DNA of 64,000 nucleotides from Nevskiaceae bacterium (GCA_036379455.1 DASVGQ010000054.1:277-64276); one strand, 5' to 3'; numbered from the stretch's first letter, positions 26,057 through 36,665 are shown. The notes: generated from the letters alone by a model not told the origin. A program made the numbers and translations.

Positions 26057-27331
26057 ATGGCAAACACGGTCCTGTCACCAAACGTCCTGGACGCCCCGGT
26101 CGCCGCGTCTGACGACGCAGCGCGCCATCGCACGCACTACAACGTGCTGGCGGGCGTCAGCGTTTCGCATCTGTTGAACGACATGATGCAGGCGCTGATC
26201 GTGACGATCTATCCGCTGCTGCAGGGGCAATTCGACCTCAGCTTCGTGCAGATCGGGCTCATCACCCTCACTTTCCAGCTGACGGCGTCGCTGCTGCAGC
26301 CGATCGTGGGCATGGTGACGGACCGCTATCCGATCCCTTACGCCACGCCGGTCGGCATGTGCTTCACGCTCACAGGCCTCGTCCTGCTGTCGCGAGCGCC
26401 CTCCTATCCGTTGCTACTGCTGGCGGTCGCGCTGATCGGCTGCGGATCGTCGGTGTTCCATCCGCAGTCCTCGCAGATCGCGCGCAGCGCTTCGGGTGGG
26501 CGCTACGGGTTGGCGCAGTCGCTGTTCCAGATCGGCGGGAATCTCGGCCAGGCGCTGGGGCCGTTGCTGGCTGCGGCCGTCGTCCTGCGCTTCGGGCTCC
26601 ACGGCCGCGGCAACGTCGCGTGGTTCGGACTGGCCGCGCTGCTGGCGATCGTTCTTCTGCTGCAGGTGAGTCGGTGGTACAGCCACCACCTCGACTGGCG
26701 CAAGCCGAAGCGCAGGCGCGGCGTCGCGGCACGCCGCTACCCTGCGCCCTTGGTGCGGCGCACGGTCGGTATCCTGTTCGTGCTGATGTTTTCCAAGTTC
26801 TTCTACCTGGCCAGCATCAGCAGTTACTACGAGTTCTTCTTGATCCATCGTTTCGGGATGACCGCCCATTCAGCGGCATACCTGCTGGGCGTGTTCCTTC
26901 TGGCGGTCGCGGCCGGTACGTTGATCGGTGGCCCGCTCGGAGATCGCATCGGCCGCAAGCGGGTTATCTGGTTTTCCATCCTCGGCTGCGCGCCGTTCAC
27001 GCTGGCGCTGCCCTATGTGGGGCTGCACCTCACGGTGGGCCTGAGCGTCATCATCGGCCTCGTGCTCGCGTCGGCGTTTCCGGCCATCATCGTGTACGCG
27101 CAGGACATGCTCACGCACCGCATCGGCATGGTGTCCGGGCTGTTCTACGGCTTCAGCTTCGGGTTGGGTGGATTGGGCGCCGCCGTGCTCGGGATTCTTG
27201 CCGACCACTTCGGCATCGACTTCGTCTACCAGGTGTGCGCGTTCCTGCCGCTGCTCGGCCTCCTTGCCGCGGCGTTGCCGGATGTGCGTCCACCGGACGC
27301 GGAAGCGGAACCCGCGACCTCTGCCTCGTGA
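26057..27331 (+). CDS. MFS transporter (Fsr-like)
   Basis: ATG at 26057 (MANTVLSP). About 12 predicted hydrophobic spans, HLLNDMMQAL near the N-terminus. The earlier in-frame ATG at 25994 would collide with the divergent PHP gene start. Confidence 0.8.
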   Translation: MANTVLSPNVLDAPVAASDDAARHRTHYNVLAGVSVSHLLNDMMQALIVTIYPLLQGQFDLSFVQIGLITLTFQLTASLLQPIVGMVTDRYPIPYATPVGMCFTLTGLVLLSRAPSYPLLLLAVALIGCGSSVFHPQSSQIARSASGGRYGLAQSLFQIGGNLGQALGPLLAAAVVLRFGLHGRGNVAWFGLAALLAIVLLLQVSRWYSHHLDWRKPKRRRGVAARRYPAPLVRRTVGILFVLMFSKFFYLASISSYYEFFLIHRFGMTAHSAAYLLGVFLLAVAAGTLIGGPLGDRIGRKRVIWFSILGCAPFTLALPYVGLHLTVGLSVIIGLVLASAFPAIIVYAQDMLTHRIGMVSGLFYGFSFGLGGLGAAVLGILADHFGIDFVYQVCAFLPLLGLLAAALPDVRPPDAEAEPATSAS

Positions 27332-27388
27332 TCGCGGTGCGCCTTGCCACACACATAGAATCGCCGCGGCCGCCCGGTGCGTGAGCGG

Positions 27389-28093
27389 ATGGCGGGCGGG
27401 GTCGTGAAACGGGCCTGCGTGGCAGCGGCGGCCGACAACGCCGCCGTACCGGGGGCGCTGTGGATCGTGTCGGCCCCGAGTGGTGGCGGCAAGACAAGCC
27501 TGTGCCGGGCGCTGGTGCCGCGGCTGCGCGCACGTGGCATTGCGGCGGCGATCTCGGTGTCGTGTACCACTCGGCCGCCGCGCGAGGGCGAACGCGAGGA
27601 CATCGACTACCGGTTCGTGGATGAGGCGCGCTTTGCCGCCATGGTGGAGGCGGGCGAATTCGTCGAGCACGCTGGCGTGTTCGGGCGTCATTACGGGACC
27701 CTGCGCGCGCCGCTCGAGTCCACGCTGCGCAGCGGCGCGGTATTGTTGCTGGATATCGACTGGCAAGGCGGTCGCCAGATCCGCGCGCGCTATCCGGAAG
27801 CTCGCAGCGTGTTCGTCCTGCCGCCGACGATCGCGGTGCTCGAGCAGCGGCTGCGCGAGCGCGCCGGCAGCGACGCGTCGTCGGTGGCGGCACGGATGCG
27901 CGCAGCCCGCGCCGAGATGGCTCACTACAACGAATACGACTACGTAGTCGTGAATAGCGACTTCGAGCGCGCGGTCGGCGATTTTGAGGCGCTGATCGTG
28001 GCTGAGACCCTGCGCCGGAACACGCAGCGCCTGCGGCACTGCGCCCTGATCGACGCACTGCTCGATGACGATGGTGCCACTACGCTAGAATAG
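27389..28093 (+). CDS. gmk: Guanylate kinase
   Basis: P-loop SAPSGGGKTS, TTRPPREGE...DY.F motif. gmk-rpoZ-spoT order. Start uncertain (ATG 27389; GTG 27377 or 27419 possible). Confidence 0.9.
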   Translation: MAGGVVKRACVAAAADNAAVPGALWIVSAPSGGGKTSLCRALVPRLRARGIAAAISVSCTTRPPREGEREDIDYRFVDEARFAAMVEAGEFVEHAGVFGRHYGTLRAPLESTLRSGAVLLLDIDWQGGRQIRARYPEARSVFVLPPTIAVLEQRLRERAGSDASSVAARMRAARAEMAHYNEYDYVVVNSDFERAVGDFEALIVAETLRRNTQRLRHCALIDALLDDDGATTLE

Positions 28094-28124
28094 ATGGAGC
28101 TCCTTGTCTGTCGAGTCTTGAGCC

Positions 28125-28385
28125 ATGGCGCGCGTGACCGTTGAAGATTGTCTGGACCGTATCCCAAACCAGTTCGAGCTGACGCTCGTCGCGTCCAAGC
28201 GGGCGCGCATGCTGGCGCGCGGCGCGGAGTCCAAGCTGCCGTGGGAGAACCACAAGTCGACGGTGCTCAGCCTCAAGGAGATCGCTGAGGGGAAGGTGGG
28301 CGCGAGCGTGCTGGAGGAGGCGGAGCTCCCGGCGGTGCAGCAGCCGAAGATGCAGTTGGAGAGGCTGGACCCCAGCTTCGATTGA
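28125..28385 (+). CDS. rpoZ: DNA-directed RNA polymerase subunit omega
   Basis: MARVTVEDCLDRIPNQFELTLVASKRARML is the canonical RpoZ N-terminus. Confidence 0.93.
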   Translation: MARVTVEDCLDRIPNQFELTLVASKRARMLARGAESKLPWENHKSTVLSLKEIAEGKVGASVLEEAELPAVQQPKMQLERLDPSFD

Positions 28386-28494
28386 TCCCTCTGCTCGCGG
28401 TCGCGGGATAAGCGGCCGCAGCTAGTTTCCAGCGCGCCCTCGGGCCGCGCATCGGCGCCTGCGCGCGCGTAGCGTCGCCGTCTATACTGCCGGC

Positions 28495-30678
28495 ATGGAA
28501 TTGCCGGTGATCCAGCGCATAGGAACCGCGATCCATACGCAGCGCGTAGCGCGTGAGTATGGCATCGACGCGCTGGCGAAGATCATGGCGGCGTACCTGC
28601 CGCCTGACCAGATCGCCGAGGTGCGCCGCGCCTATGAGTTCGGCGCGCGCATGCACTCGGGGCAGAGCCGCACCAGCGGCGAGCCCTACATCTATCACCC
28701 GCTGGCGGTGGCGCGCATCCTGGCCGAGATGCGGCTGGACGTGCAGACGCTCGAGGCGGCGATCCTGCACGACGTCATCGAAGACACGGAGATCCAGCAG
28801 GAGCAAATCGCGGCGCGCTTCGGGCCACAGGTCGCCGAGCTCGTCGAGGGCGTCTCGAAGTTCCATCGCGTCGAGGGCATGACGCGTGCTGAACGCCAGG
28901 CTGAGAGCGTGCGCAAGCTGCTGCTTGCGATGGCGGCGGACCTGCGGGTCATTCTCATCAAGCTGGCTGACCGGCTGCACAACATGCGTACGCTGGACGC
29001 CGTCGAGCCGTCGAAGCGACGGCGCGTGTCGCGGGAAACGCTCGACATCTACGCGCCGATCGCACAGCGGCTGGGGATCAATACGCTGCGGGCGGAGCTC
29101 GAGGACCTTGCGTTCCGCAACCTGTATCCACACCGCTACGAGGTGTTCGAAAAGGCCGTCAAGCAGCAGCTCGGCGATACGCGTGGACTGATCCGCGAGA
29201 TCGAGCGGCGCCTGACAGACGCGCTCAAGGTCAAGGAGATCGAGTGCAGCGTCGCCGGGCGACAGAAGAACCTGTACGGCATCTACGAGAAGATGCAACG
29301 CAAGCGCCACCGCTTCCTCGACGTGATGGACCTGCTTGGCTTCCGCATCATCGTTGGCAATGTCGACGAGTGCTACCGCGTGCTGGGCGTGGTGCACCAC
29401 GTCTACAAGCCGATCTCCGAGCAGTTCAACGACTTCATCGCCAACCCGAAGGTCAACGGCTACCAGAGCCTGCATACCACCTGCGTCGGCCCCCAGGGCC
29501 GGAAGATTGAGATCCAGATCCGCACCCGCGAAATGCACTACATCGCCGAAAGCGGCATCGCGGCGCACTGGCAGTACAAGCTGGGGAGCCACGGCGGAGA
29601 CGGGCAGGCTGCGCCGCAGCTGCGCGCCAACGAGTGGCTGGGGTCCCTGTTCGATCTGCCGAACGATGCCGCGGCGCTCGATTTCATCGACAACGTCAAG
29701 GTCGACCTGTTCCCCGACGAGGTCTATGTGTTCACGCCGCGCGGCGAGATCCGCCGCCTGCCACGCGGGGCGACGCCGATCGATTTCGCCTACGCGGTGC
29801 ATACGGAGCTGGGTGATCATTGCGTCGCGGCGCGCGTCGACCATCAGCTCGAGCCGCTAAGCCTGCCGCTGGTCAATGGGCAGACGGTGGAGGTCATCAC
29901 GGCCCGCCACGCGCGCCCAAACGCGGCGTGGCTGAACTTCGCCAAGACCGCGAAGGCTCGCAGCCACATCCGCAGCTACCTCAAGGGGCAGCGCGAGGAT
30001 CAGGCCGTACGCCTCGGTCGACGGCTGCTCGGCGCGGCGATGCGCGAGCTCGGCGTCCCCGCCGCGCGGCTCAAGGGCGATGGGCCGAAGTCGGTGCTGG
30101 CGGGCTACGGGCTTGACGACCTCGAGGCCCTGTACGCGTCGATCGGCAGCGGGCGGCGGCTCGCGCCGCTGGTCGCGCGCCAGTTCCTGCCGGACGCGCA
30201 GGCGACGGTGAGCGGGCGGGCGGTGCCCATCGCCGTGGAAGGCACGGAAGGCCTGGTGGTCGACTACGCGCGCTGCTGCTATCCCATCCCGGGCGACGAC
30301 ATTTGCGGCTACGTCAGCGTGGGGCGCGGGATCGTCATCCATCGGCTTGAATGCCGCCACGCGCCAGGAAAGAAATCCGGCACCAACGCGCACGACCGCA
30401 TCCCGCTGGTGTGGGCGCCTGAGGTGCAGGGGGACTTCTGCGCGGAGCTGCGCGTACGCGCGGAGAACCGACGCAGCCTGCTGGGCGACGTGGCGAGCGA
30501 GATCTCGCGCGCGGAGTCAGGCATCGAGAACGTGCAGATGCCGGAGCACGCCGGATTCGGCACAGCGGAAATGCGCTTCGTCGTCACGGTGCGCGATCGG
30601 GTGCATCTGGCGCGCGTGATTCGCCGCCTGCGGCGGATCGACGCCGTGCAGCGCGTCTATCGCACCAACGCCAGCTGA
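28495..30678 (+). CDS. spoT: Bifunctional (p)ppGpp synthetase/hydrolase
   Basis: 727 aa. HD hydrolase motif (SGEPYIYHPLAVA...LHDVIEDT), RelA/SpoT synthetase core, TGS and C-terminal ACT-like regions. Located after rpoZ. Confidence 0.92.
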   Translation: MELPVIQRIGTAIHTQRVAREYGIDALAKIMAAYLPPDQIAEVRRAYEFGARMHSGQSRTSGEPYIYHPLAVARILAEMRLDVQTLEAAILHDVIEDTEIQQEQIAARFGPQVAELVEGVSKFHRVEGMTRAERQAESVRKLLLAMAADLRVILIKLADRLHNMRTLDAVEPSKRRRVSRETLDIYAPIAQRLGINTLRAELEDLAFRNLYPHRYEVFEKAVKQQLGDTRGLIREIERRLTDALKVKEIECSVAGRQKNLYGIYEKMQRKRHRFLDVMDLLGFRIIVGNVDECYRVLGVVHHVYKPISEQFNDFIANPKVNGYQSLHTTCVGPQGRKIEIQIRTREMHYIAESGIAAHWQYKLGSHGGDGQAAPQLRANEWLGSLFDLPNDAAALDFIDNVKVDLFPDEVYVFTPRGEIRRLPRGATPIDFAYAVHTELGDHCVAARVDHQLEPLSLPLVNGQTVEVITARHARPNAAWLNFAKTAKARSHIRSYLKGQREDQAVRLGRRLLGAAMRELGVPAARLKGDGPKSVLAGYGLDDLEALYASIGSGRRLAPLVARQFLPDAQATVSGRAVPIAVEGTEGLVVDYARCCYPIPGDDICGYVSVGRGIVIHRLECRHAPGKKSGTNAHDRIPLVWAPEVQGDFCAELRVRAENRRSLLGDVASEISRAESGIENVQMPEHAGFGTAEMRFVVTVRDRVHLARVIRRLRRIDAVQRVYRTNAS

Positions 30679-30763
30679 CCGCACGTGCACGAGCCACAGC
30701 GGCGCTTCGCGTGCGGTGACGCGCCGCGGGGCCGACACGATCTCAAGGGCGAGATAAGGAACC

Positions 30764-31159
30764 ATGCACAAGCAGAAGGTTGAAACCGCCGGTGCGCCGG
30801 CAGCCATCGGCAGCTATTCGCAGGCCATTCGCGTCGGAGACGCGGTGTATCTGTCGGGCCAGATCGGCCTCGATCCGGCGAGCGGACAGCTCGTCGCGGG
30901 TGGCGCCAAGGCCGAGATTCGGCAGATCTTCACGAACCTGGCGGCGGTGGCGGAAGCCGCCGGCGGCGGCCTCGCGGATGCCGTCAAGGTGACGGCTTAC
31001 CTGACGGATCTTGCCGCATATCCGGACCTCAATGAGATCATGGGCGAGTTCTTTCCCGCGCCTTTCCCCGCGCGGGCGGCGGTCGCGGTGGCCGCGCTGC
31101 CGCGCGGGGCGCGGGCGGAAGCTGACGTGATTCTCGTCCTTGGCGCGGCCGGGCGCTGA
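30764..31159 (+). CDS. ridA: RidA/YjgF family reactive-intermediate deaminase
   Basis: 131 aa. APAAIGSYSQAIRVGDAVYLSGQIGLDP...ARAAVAVAALPRGA..E is the YjgF/RidA signature. Confidence 0.88.
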   Translation: MHKQKVETAGAPAAIGSYSQAIRVGDAVYLSGQIGLDPASGQLVAGGAKAEIRQIFTNLAAVAEAAGGGLADAVKVTAYLTDLAAYPDLNEIMGEFFPAPFPARAAVAVAALPRGARAEADVILVLGAAGR

Positions 31160-33248
31160 CCGCCGGCCGGCGCCGCGGCTCCGCCTTCAGGATGACGCGG
31201 TCTGGCTCAAGGGCGCCGGACCGCTGATTGGTCGCAAGCTTGCGGGCCTCGGGGTGCGGCGGGTGGTCGACGTGCTGCTGCACCTGCCCATCCGCTACGA
31301 GGACCGCCGTCGACTGACGCCGCTGGATCAGGTGCGGGCAGGCCACGAAGCGCTGGTGCTGGCGAAGATCGGCCGTGTGCAGCTCGCCTTCACGCCGCGC
31401 CGTAACCTGTGGGTGACGCTGGTCGGTGACGGACGCATGGCGACGGCGATGCTGCAGCTGCGCCTGTTTCATTTCAGCGAGGCGCAGCGCAAGGGGCTGG
31501 TCGAAGGCCGCTGGGTGTGCGCCTATGGTCCCGTGCGTGCGGGTGCACGGGCGTTGGAGATGATCCATCCGCAGTATCGTGTTGCCGACGACCGGCAGGC
31601 GCTGGCTATCGAGCGCGGCTGGATCGCGGTGTACGGGACGACGGCAGGCGTGACGCAGGCGCGCATACGGCTGCTCGTGGCGCGCGCCTTCGACGTCGCG
31701 CAGGCGGATGGTGCACTGGCTCGCCCCTTAGCGGACTTTGTTGGGTCCAACACCATCGACGCGCTGCGCGCCTTGCATTACCCGGCGGCAGATGCCGACG
31801 CCTCGGCGCTGCTCGATGCCGCCCATCCGCTGCGCCTGCGGCTCGCGACGGAAGAGCTGCTGGCCCACCAGCTCGCCCTCCAGGCGAGCCGTGCAGGAGT
31901 TCGCGAGCGGCGGGCACCGGTGATCGCGGACATGGCGCGGAGCGTGGCGCGGCTGCAGCGGGCACTGCCTTTCGAGCTGACGCGCGCGCAGCAACGGGCA
32001 ATGAAGGACATTGCGGTGGATCTCGCGTCGGGTCACCCGATGCTGCGGCTGCTGCAGGGCGACGTCGGCTCGGGCAAGACGCTGGTGGCGGTCGCGGCGA
32101 TGGCGGCGTGCGCGGGCAAGGGCCGCCAGGCCGTGCTCATGGCACCGACAGAGCTGCTGGCCGAGCAGCATCAACGCACCCTGTCGCGCCTGCTGCAACC
32201 GCTGGGTGAAAACGTCGGGCTGCTGTCGTCGCGGCTCAAGGCAACCGAGAAGAAGGCAGCGCTGGAAGCGGCGGCCGCTGGAACGACGCATCTGTGGGTC
32301 GGGACGCACGCGCTGCTGCAAGGGTCGGTGCGCTTCGCGCGCCTCGTGCTGGTGGTGGTCGACGAGCAGCATCGCTTCGGCGTCGGGCAGCGTCTGGCGC
32401 TGGCCGACAAGGGCGAGGCGGGCGAATGGGTGCATCAGCTGGTGATGTCAGCGACGCCGATTCCACGCACCCTGGCGCAGGTGGTCTATGCCGACCTGGA
32501 CATCTCCACCCTCGACGAGCTGCCGCCCGGCAGGACGCCAGTCACCACCGTGGTGCTCAACGAAAGCCGCCGCGGTGCCGTGCTCAGGCGGATCGGAGCG
32601 GCGTGCGCTGCGGGCCGTCAAGCCTATTGGGTGTGCACCTTGATCGAGGAATCGGAGCAGCTGCAGGCGCAGACCGCCGAGGACACGCATGCGCAGCTGT
32701 GTGCGGAACTGCCTGGGCTGGCGGTCGGGCTGGTGCACGGGCGCATGAAGCCCGCCGACAAGGAACGGCAGATGCGCGCCTTCGTCGAGGGACAGACGCA
32801 GGTGCTTGTCGCGACCACCGTGATCGAGGTGGGCGTGGATGTGCCGAACGCTTCCATCATGGTGATCGACAACGCGGAGCGCCTCGGCCTCGCGCAGCTG
32901 CACCAGCTGCGGGGGCGCGTCGGACGCGGGCAGCGTGCCAGCCAGTGCGTGCTGATGTACCGGGCGCCGCTGTCGGGCCTGGCACGCAGCCGTCTGCAGG
33001 TGCTGCGGGAGACGCACGATGGGTTCCGGATCGCCGAACGCGATCTGCAGCTGCGCGGCCCGGGCGAGCTGCTCGGTCGACGCCAGACCGGAATGGTCGG
33101 CCTGAAGGTCGCGGATCCAATGCGCGACGCCATGTTGATGCCGGCGGTGCGGCGGCGCGCAGCGGATTGGCTGCAACGCCATCCGGTGGAGGCCCGCCGG
33201 TTGATCGAGCGCTGGATTCCGGAGGCGGGTCGCTATGCGCAGGTTTGA
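31140..33248 (+). CDS. recG: ATP-dependent DNA helicase RecG
   Basis: 702 aa. LHLPIRYEDRR wedge region, Walker A GDVGSGKT, DEQHRFG, helicase C motifs. The start appears to be TTG at 31140 (no in-frame ATG nearby), so the start is approximate. Confidence 0.9.
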   Translation: MARPGADRRPAPRLRLQDDAVWLKGAGPLIGRKLAGLGVRRVVDVLLHLPIRYEDRRRLTPLDQVRAGHEALVLAKIGRVQLAFTPRRNLWVTLVGDGRMATAMLQLRLFHFSEAQRKGLVEGRWVCAYGPVRAGARALEMIHPQYRVADDRQALAIERGWIAVYGTTAGVTQARIRLLVARAFDVAQADGALARPLADFVGSNTIDALRALHYPAADADASALLDAAHPLRLRLATEELLAHQLALQASRAGVRERRAPVIADMARSVARLQRALPFELTRAQQRAMKDIAVDLASGHPMLRLLQGDVGSGKTLVAVAAMAACAGKGRQAVLMAPTELLAEQHQRTLSRLLQPLGENVGLLSSRLKATEKKAALEAAAAGTTHLWVGTHALLQGSVRFARLVLVVVDEQHRFGVGQRLALADKGEAGEWVHQLVMSATPIPRTLAQVVYADLDISTLDELPPGRTPVTTVVLNESRRGAVLRRIGAACAAGRQAYWVCTLIEESEQLQAQTAEDTHAQLCAELPGLAVGLVHGRMKPADKERQMRAFVEGQTQVLVATTVIEVGVDVPNASIMVIDNAERLGLAQLHQLRGRVGRGQRASQCVLMYRAPLSGLARSRLQVLRETHDGFRIAERDLQLRGPGELLGRRQTGMVGLKVADPMRDAMLMPAVRRRAADWLQRHPVEARRLIERWIPEAGRYAQV

Positions 33249-33301
33249 GGCGGCGTGGCGGCGGTGTCCAACGGGCCACGAGCGATCCGTTCACGAGAGG
33301 G

Positions 33302-34207
33302 GTGGATCGCGCCGTGCGTGACTTCCGACAGCTCGTTTGGGGGCGCGCCGTCGATTACTGGCGCCTGACGCGGATGCACCGACCGATCGGCATCCTGCTG
33401 CTGCTGTGGCCGACGCTGTGGGCGCTGTGGATCGCCGCGCGTGGCGTGCCGCCGCTGAAGATCCTTGCGATCTTCGTGGTGGGGACCGTGCTTATGCGCG
33501 GCGCGGGCTGCGCGATCAACGATTTCGCTGATCGTCGCTTTGATGCGCACGTGCAGCGTACGCGTGGGCGCCCGCTGGCGGCGGGCCGGATTCGTCCGAT
33601 CGAAGCCGTGGTCGTCGCGATCGTGCTGGCACTGGTTGCGCTGGCCGTCGCCTGGCCCCTACCGCGGCTGGCGCTGTGGCTTGCGGTTCCTGGCGTCGTG
33701 ATTGCCGCCACCTATCCGCTCGCCAAGCGCGTCACCCAGTGGCCGCAGGCCTATCTCGGCGTCGCGTTCTCATGGGGGATCCCGATGGCGTTTGCCGCCG
33801 TGCAGTCGCCGGTATCCTGGCCTCTGGTGGCGGCCGTCATGGCCGCGAATTTCTGCTGGATCATCGCCTACGACACGCTCTATGCGATGGCGGATCGACC
33901 GGACGATATCCGCATCGGCGTGAAGTCCACCGCCGTCCTGTTCGGCCGCTACGATCGCCTGTGCGTCGGCATGTTCCAGCTGGCTGCGCTCGCCGGGCTT
34001 GCCGCCATCGGCGTATGGCAGGGTCTCGGAGGCTGGTTCCAGCTCGGGCTGCTGCTGGCGGCGCTGTGCGCGGTGGCTTACCAGTGGATGGCCCGACATC
34101 GTGACCGCGGCGCATGTTTTCGCGCCTTTGTCGCCAACAACTGGTTTGGCGCGGCGGTGTTTGCCGGACTCGTGCTCGCCGACCTCGCCCCGCGATCCTT
34201 CCCGTGA
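33302..34207 (+). CDS. ubiA: 4-hydroxybenzoate polyprenyltransferase
   Basis: In frame with track ORF 32294..34207, but only the last roughly 300 codons are UbiA-like: RMHRPIGILLLLWPTLWALW...GCAINDFADRRFD...YDTLYAMADRPDD. GTG start at 33302 (or 33314). Confidence 0.88.
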   Translation: MDRAVRDFRQLVWGRAVDYWRLTRMHRPIGILLLLWPTLWALWIAARGVPPLKILAIFVVGTVLMRGAGCAINDFADRRFDAHVQRTRGRPLAAGRIRPIEAVVVAIVLALVALAVAWPLPRLALWLAVPGVVIAATYPLAKRVTQWPQAYLGVAFSWGIPMAFAAVQSPVSWPLVAAVMAANFCWIIAYDTLYAMADRPDDIRIGVKSTAVLFGRYDRLCVGMFQLAALAGLAAIGVWQGLGGWFQLGLLLAALCAVAYQWMARHRDRGACFRAFVANNWFGAAVFAGLVLADLAPRSFP

Positions 34208-34210
34208 ACT

Positions 34211-34990
34211 TCATGCGCGCGCCACCGCCCATGCGGCGACTGACGCTGCGCCGGCGGTGCGGCAGCATCTGGCCGCTTCGCCGAAGGTACTACCGGTCGT
34301 CATGACGTCGTCGAGCAGCGCGATGTGCCGTCCGGCGATGACCGGCGCCGCGTGGAACGCGCCTCGCAGGTTGCGCCGGCGGGCGTTGCGGCTCTGGCCG
34401 ATCTGGTCCACCGTCGCGCGGTGGCGGCGCAGGACCGCGTGCACAACGGGGATGCCGAGCTCCTTGCCGACTACCCGCGCGAGCTCCAGCGCCTGGTTGT
34501 AGCCACGGCCGCGCAGCCGGCGCGCGTGCAGCGGGATCGGCACGATCCAGTCGGGCAGTGCGGCGTGACGCTCCCGCGCCGCCTGCGCCAGGCCAGCGCC
34601 CAGCCACTGCGCCTGCGCGAACGCTGCGTGGTACTTGAGCTGCAAGATGGAACGGCGGACCGCGCCCGTAAAGTGGAACGCGGCGATGGCGTAGTCCTGC
34701 GGTGGCAGCTGTGTCGCACACGCCGCGCAAAGGGAGCCGTCCGGGCGGGCGTTGGCGCAGCGTGGACAGGCGCCGTCCATCCACGGCAGATCTTCCCGGC
34801 AACCAGGACACAGGGATTCCGTCGCGCCCGGGAGATGCCCCCGGCAGATGGCGCAGTGGCGCGGAGCGAGGGACATCCGCAGTTGTGCGCCCAGGCGTCG
34901 CACGACGTCGCGTCCTCTCAATGCGATCTCCTCGCCCGCAGTGTGGTTGGCGGGGATCACTCCGTACCGTTGGCAGGTGGCTTGCCGCAT
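34211..34990 (-). CDS. ComF family protein (phosphoribosyltransferase domain)
   Basis: N-terminal Cys pairs (CAICRG...CPGC...CPRC...CAAC) and C-terminal PRTase motif IALLDDVMTTGST. Start uncertain (ATG 34990 or 34876). Confidence 0.8.
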   Translation of the reverse strand: MRQATCQRYGVIPANHTAGEEIALRGRDVVRRLGAQLRMSLAPRHCAICRGHLPGATESLCPGCREDLPWMDGACPRCANARPDGSLCAACATQLPPQDYAIAAFHFTGAVRRSILQLKYHAAFAQAQWLGAGLAQAARERHAALPDWIVPIPLHARRLRGRGYNQALELARVVGKELGIPVVHAVLRRHRATVDQIGQSRNARRRNLRGAFHAAPVIAGRHIALLDDVMTTGSTFGEAARCCRTAGAASVAAWAVARA

Positions 34991-35089
34991 GCATGACCGT
35001 TCTCATTGACTTTACCAGTGCTGCCGCAGCTGCCTAGAATATTGGCGGGAGTGACTGCTGCAATCGTCGTCGGGGCCGCCATTTATCGC

Positions 35090-35629
35090 ATGCACGTACC
35101 AGAACCGACAATCAGGCGGCTCGTCGTGGAGCCGAACGCGTCATTGTCATGGACAGGAGCGCGGCGCTTCCTGGTTGTGATGGCCATCGGTGCGCTCGGC
35201 GTTGCAGGCTGGTTCACCGCGCATGGCTTCTGGCCGGTGATGCTCTTCGCCGTGGCGAACCTCACGGGAGTCGGCGTGGCGCTGTGGATCGCGCTGCGCC
35301 ACAACGCATACCGCGAAGTGCTGCGTTTTGACGATGACCAGCTTGAGGTGGCTTTCGGCTTTGCAGGACGCGGGATTGCCTTCCGCGCGCAGCTGCCACG
35401 CGGGCAGACGCGTGCGATGCTCGAGCCCGGGCCCTATCCGACCAGTCCGGCGCGCTTGATGCTGTGCTGTGGCGCACAGCGCCTCGAGGTAGGCCACGGT
35501 CTCACCGATCGCGAGCGGGTCGATCTGTGCGCGCGCATCCGCGCGTTGCTCCAGCCGGGCTGGGAGAGGAAAAAGCCGTCCTTGCCGGTGTCCGGGCGCG
35601 GTGGCGCCTGGGGTGCCGAGGGGCCATAG
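35090..35629 (+). CDS. DUF2244 domain membrane protein (commonly precedes coxB)
   Basis: ATG at 35090 (the track start 35006 is TTG). EPNASLSWTGARRFLVVMAI plus two TM spans and the position before coxB match the DUF2244 pattern. Confidence 0.7.
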   Translation: MHVPEPTIRRLVVEPNASLSWTGARRFLVVMAIGALGVAGWFTAHGFWPVMLFAVANLTGVGVALWIALRHNAYREVLRFDDDQLEVAFGFAGRGIAFRAQLPRGQTRAMLEPGPYPTSPARLMLCCGAQRLEVGHGLTDRERVDLCARIRALLQPGWERKKPSLPVSGRGGAWGAEGP

Positions 35630-35675
35630 GCGGCGGGATCGTTTCGGGGTGCGGCACGAAAAGGGAGAGCAGGGA

Positions 35676-36665
35676 ATGCCGAGCTTCAGGGGCATGGGCG
35701 GTGGACTCGCGGCGCTGGTTGGGCTGCTGCTCGCGGGCGCTGCGCAGGGAGCAACGACACTCGAGCAGGACGCCGTCTTCAACCTGCCGACCGGCGTCAC
35801 GCCCATCAGCCGCGAGATCTACGGCCTGCACATGTATGGCCTGTGGGTCGTGACGATCATCGGCGTGCTGGTCTTCGGAGTCATGGGGTATTCCCTCTGG
35901 GCGCACAGCCGCAAACGGCATCCGGTGCCCGCGAAGTTCCACGAGAACACCACCGTCGAGGTGATCTGGACCCTGGTTCCGTTCCTGATCCTCGTCAGCA
36001 TGGCCCTGCCCGCGGCTGCCACGCTCGTGCGTGCCTACAACACCAGCAACCCGTACATGACGGTGAAGGTGACCGGCTCCCAGTGGCGCTGGGTCTATGA
36101 GTATCCCGACTTCGGCGTCGGTTTCGTGAGCTCCCTGGATGCGCGCTCGAACCAGGCTTCCATGCTCGGCTCGGGCATCGATCCGGCGACCGTGCCGCAC
36201 TACCTGCGCGCGGTGGATCACCCGATGGTCGTCCCGGAGGGCAAGAAGGTTCGCCTCTTGATCACGTCTGCTGACGTCGACCACGCATGGTCGGTCATGG
36301 ATCTGGGGATCAAGAAGAACGCGTACCCGGGGTTCATCAACGAGGTGTGGTTCAACGCGGACCGGATCGGAACCTACACCGGTCAGTGCACGGTGCTGTG
36401 CGGCCGCGGCCATTCCTACATGCCGACAGCGGTCAAGGTGGTGAGCCTTGAGGACTTCAACGCATGGGTGAAGGGCGAACTGGCGGCCAAGCACACTCTG
36501 CACCTCAGCGAAGGCTGTGATGCGGAAGCCGCCGCGGGGGATGCGGTCGGCAAGACTTTCCCGGTATCGCAGGTATGCGGGTCCGGCGCGAAGGCGCGCT
36601 GGCAGGGAAGCGGGGTGCCGCGTCACGGCACGCGGGATGAGGATGCGGCCGCAGCGCGGTCGTAG
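35676..36665 (+). CDS. coxB: Cytochrome c oxidase subunit II
   Basis: ATG at 35676 (RBS GGGAGAG). Signal peptide plus two TM spans. CuA site H...CTVLCGRGHSYM. An Ala/Gly-rich tail of about 80 aa has no CxxCH. Confidence 0.9.
   Translation: MPSFRGMGGGLAALVGLLLAGAAQGATTLEQDAVFNLPTGVTPISREIYGLHMYGLWVVTIIGVLVFGVMGYSLWAHSRKRHPVPAKFHENTTVEVIWTLVPFLILVSMALPAAATLVRAYNTSNPYMTVKVTGSQWRWVYEYPDFGVGFVSSLDARSNQASMLGSGIDPATVPHYLRAVDHPMVVPEGKKVRLLITSADVDHAWSVMDLGIKKNAYPGFINEVWFNADRIGTYTGQCTVLCGRGHSYMPTAVKVVSLEDFNAWVKGELAAKHTLHLSEGCDAEAAAGDAVGKTFPVSQVCGSGAKARWQGSGVPRHGTRDEDAAAARS

Noticed and set aside
36420-36665. The C-terminal coxB tail of about 80 aa as a degenerate cytochrome c domain (VSQVCGSGAKARWQGSGVP vaguely recalls C..CH...G.G.P).
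   Set aside because: There is no CxxCH, the tail is too short for a c-type domain, and the similarity is within chance for Gly/Ala-rich sequence.
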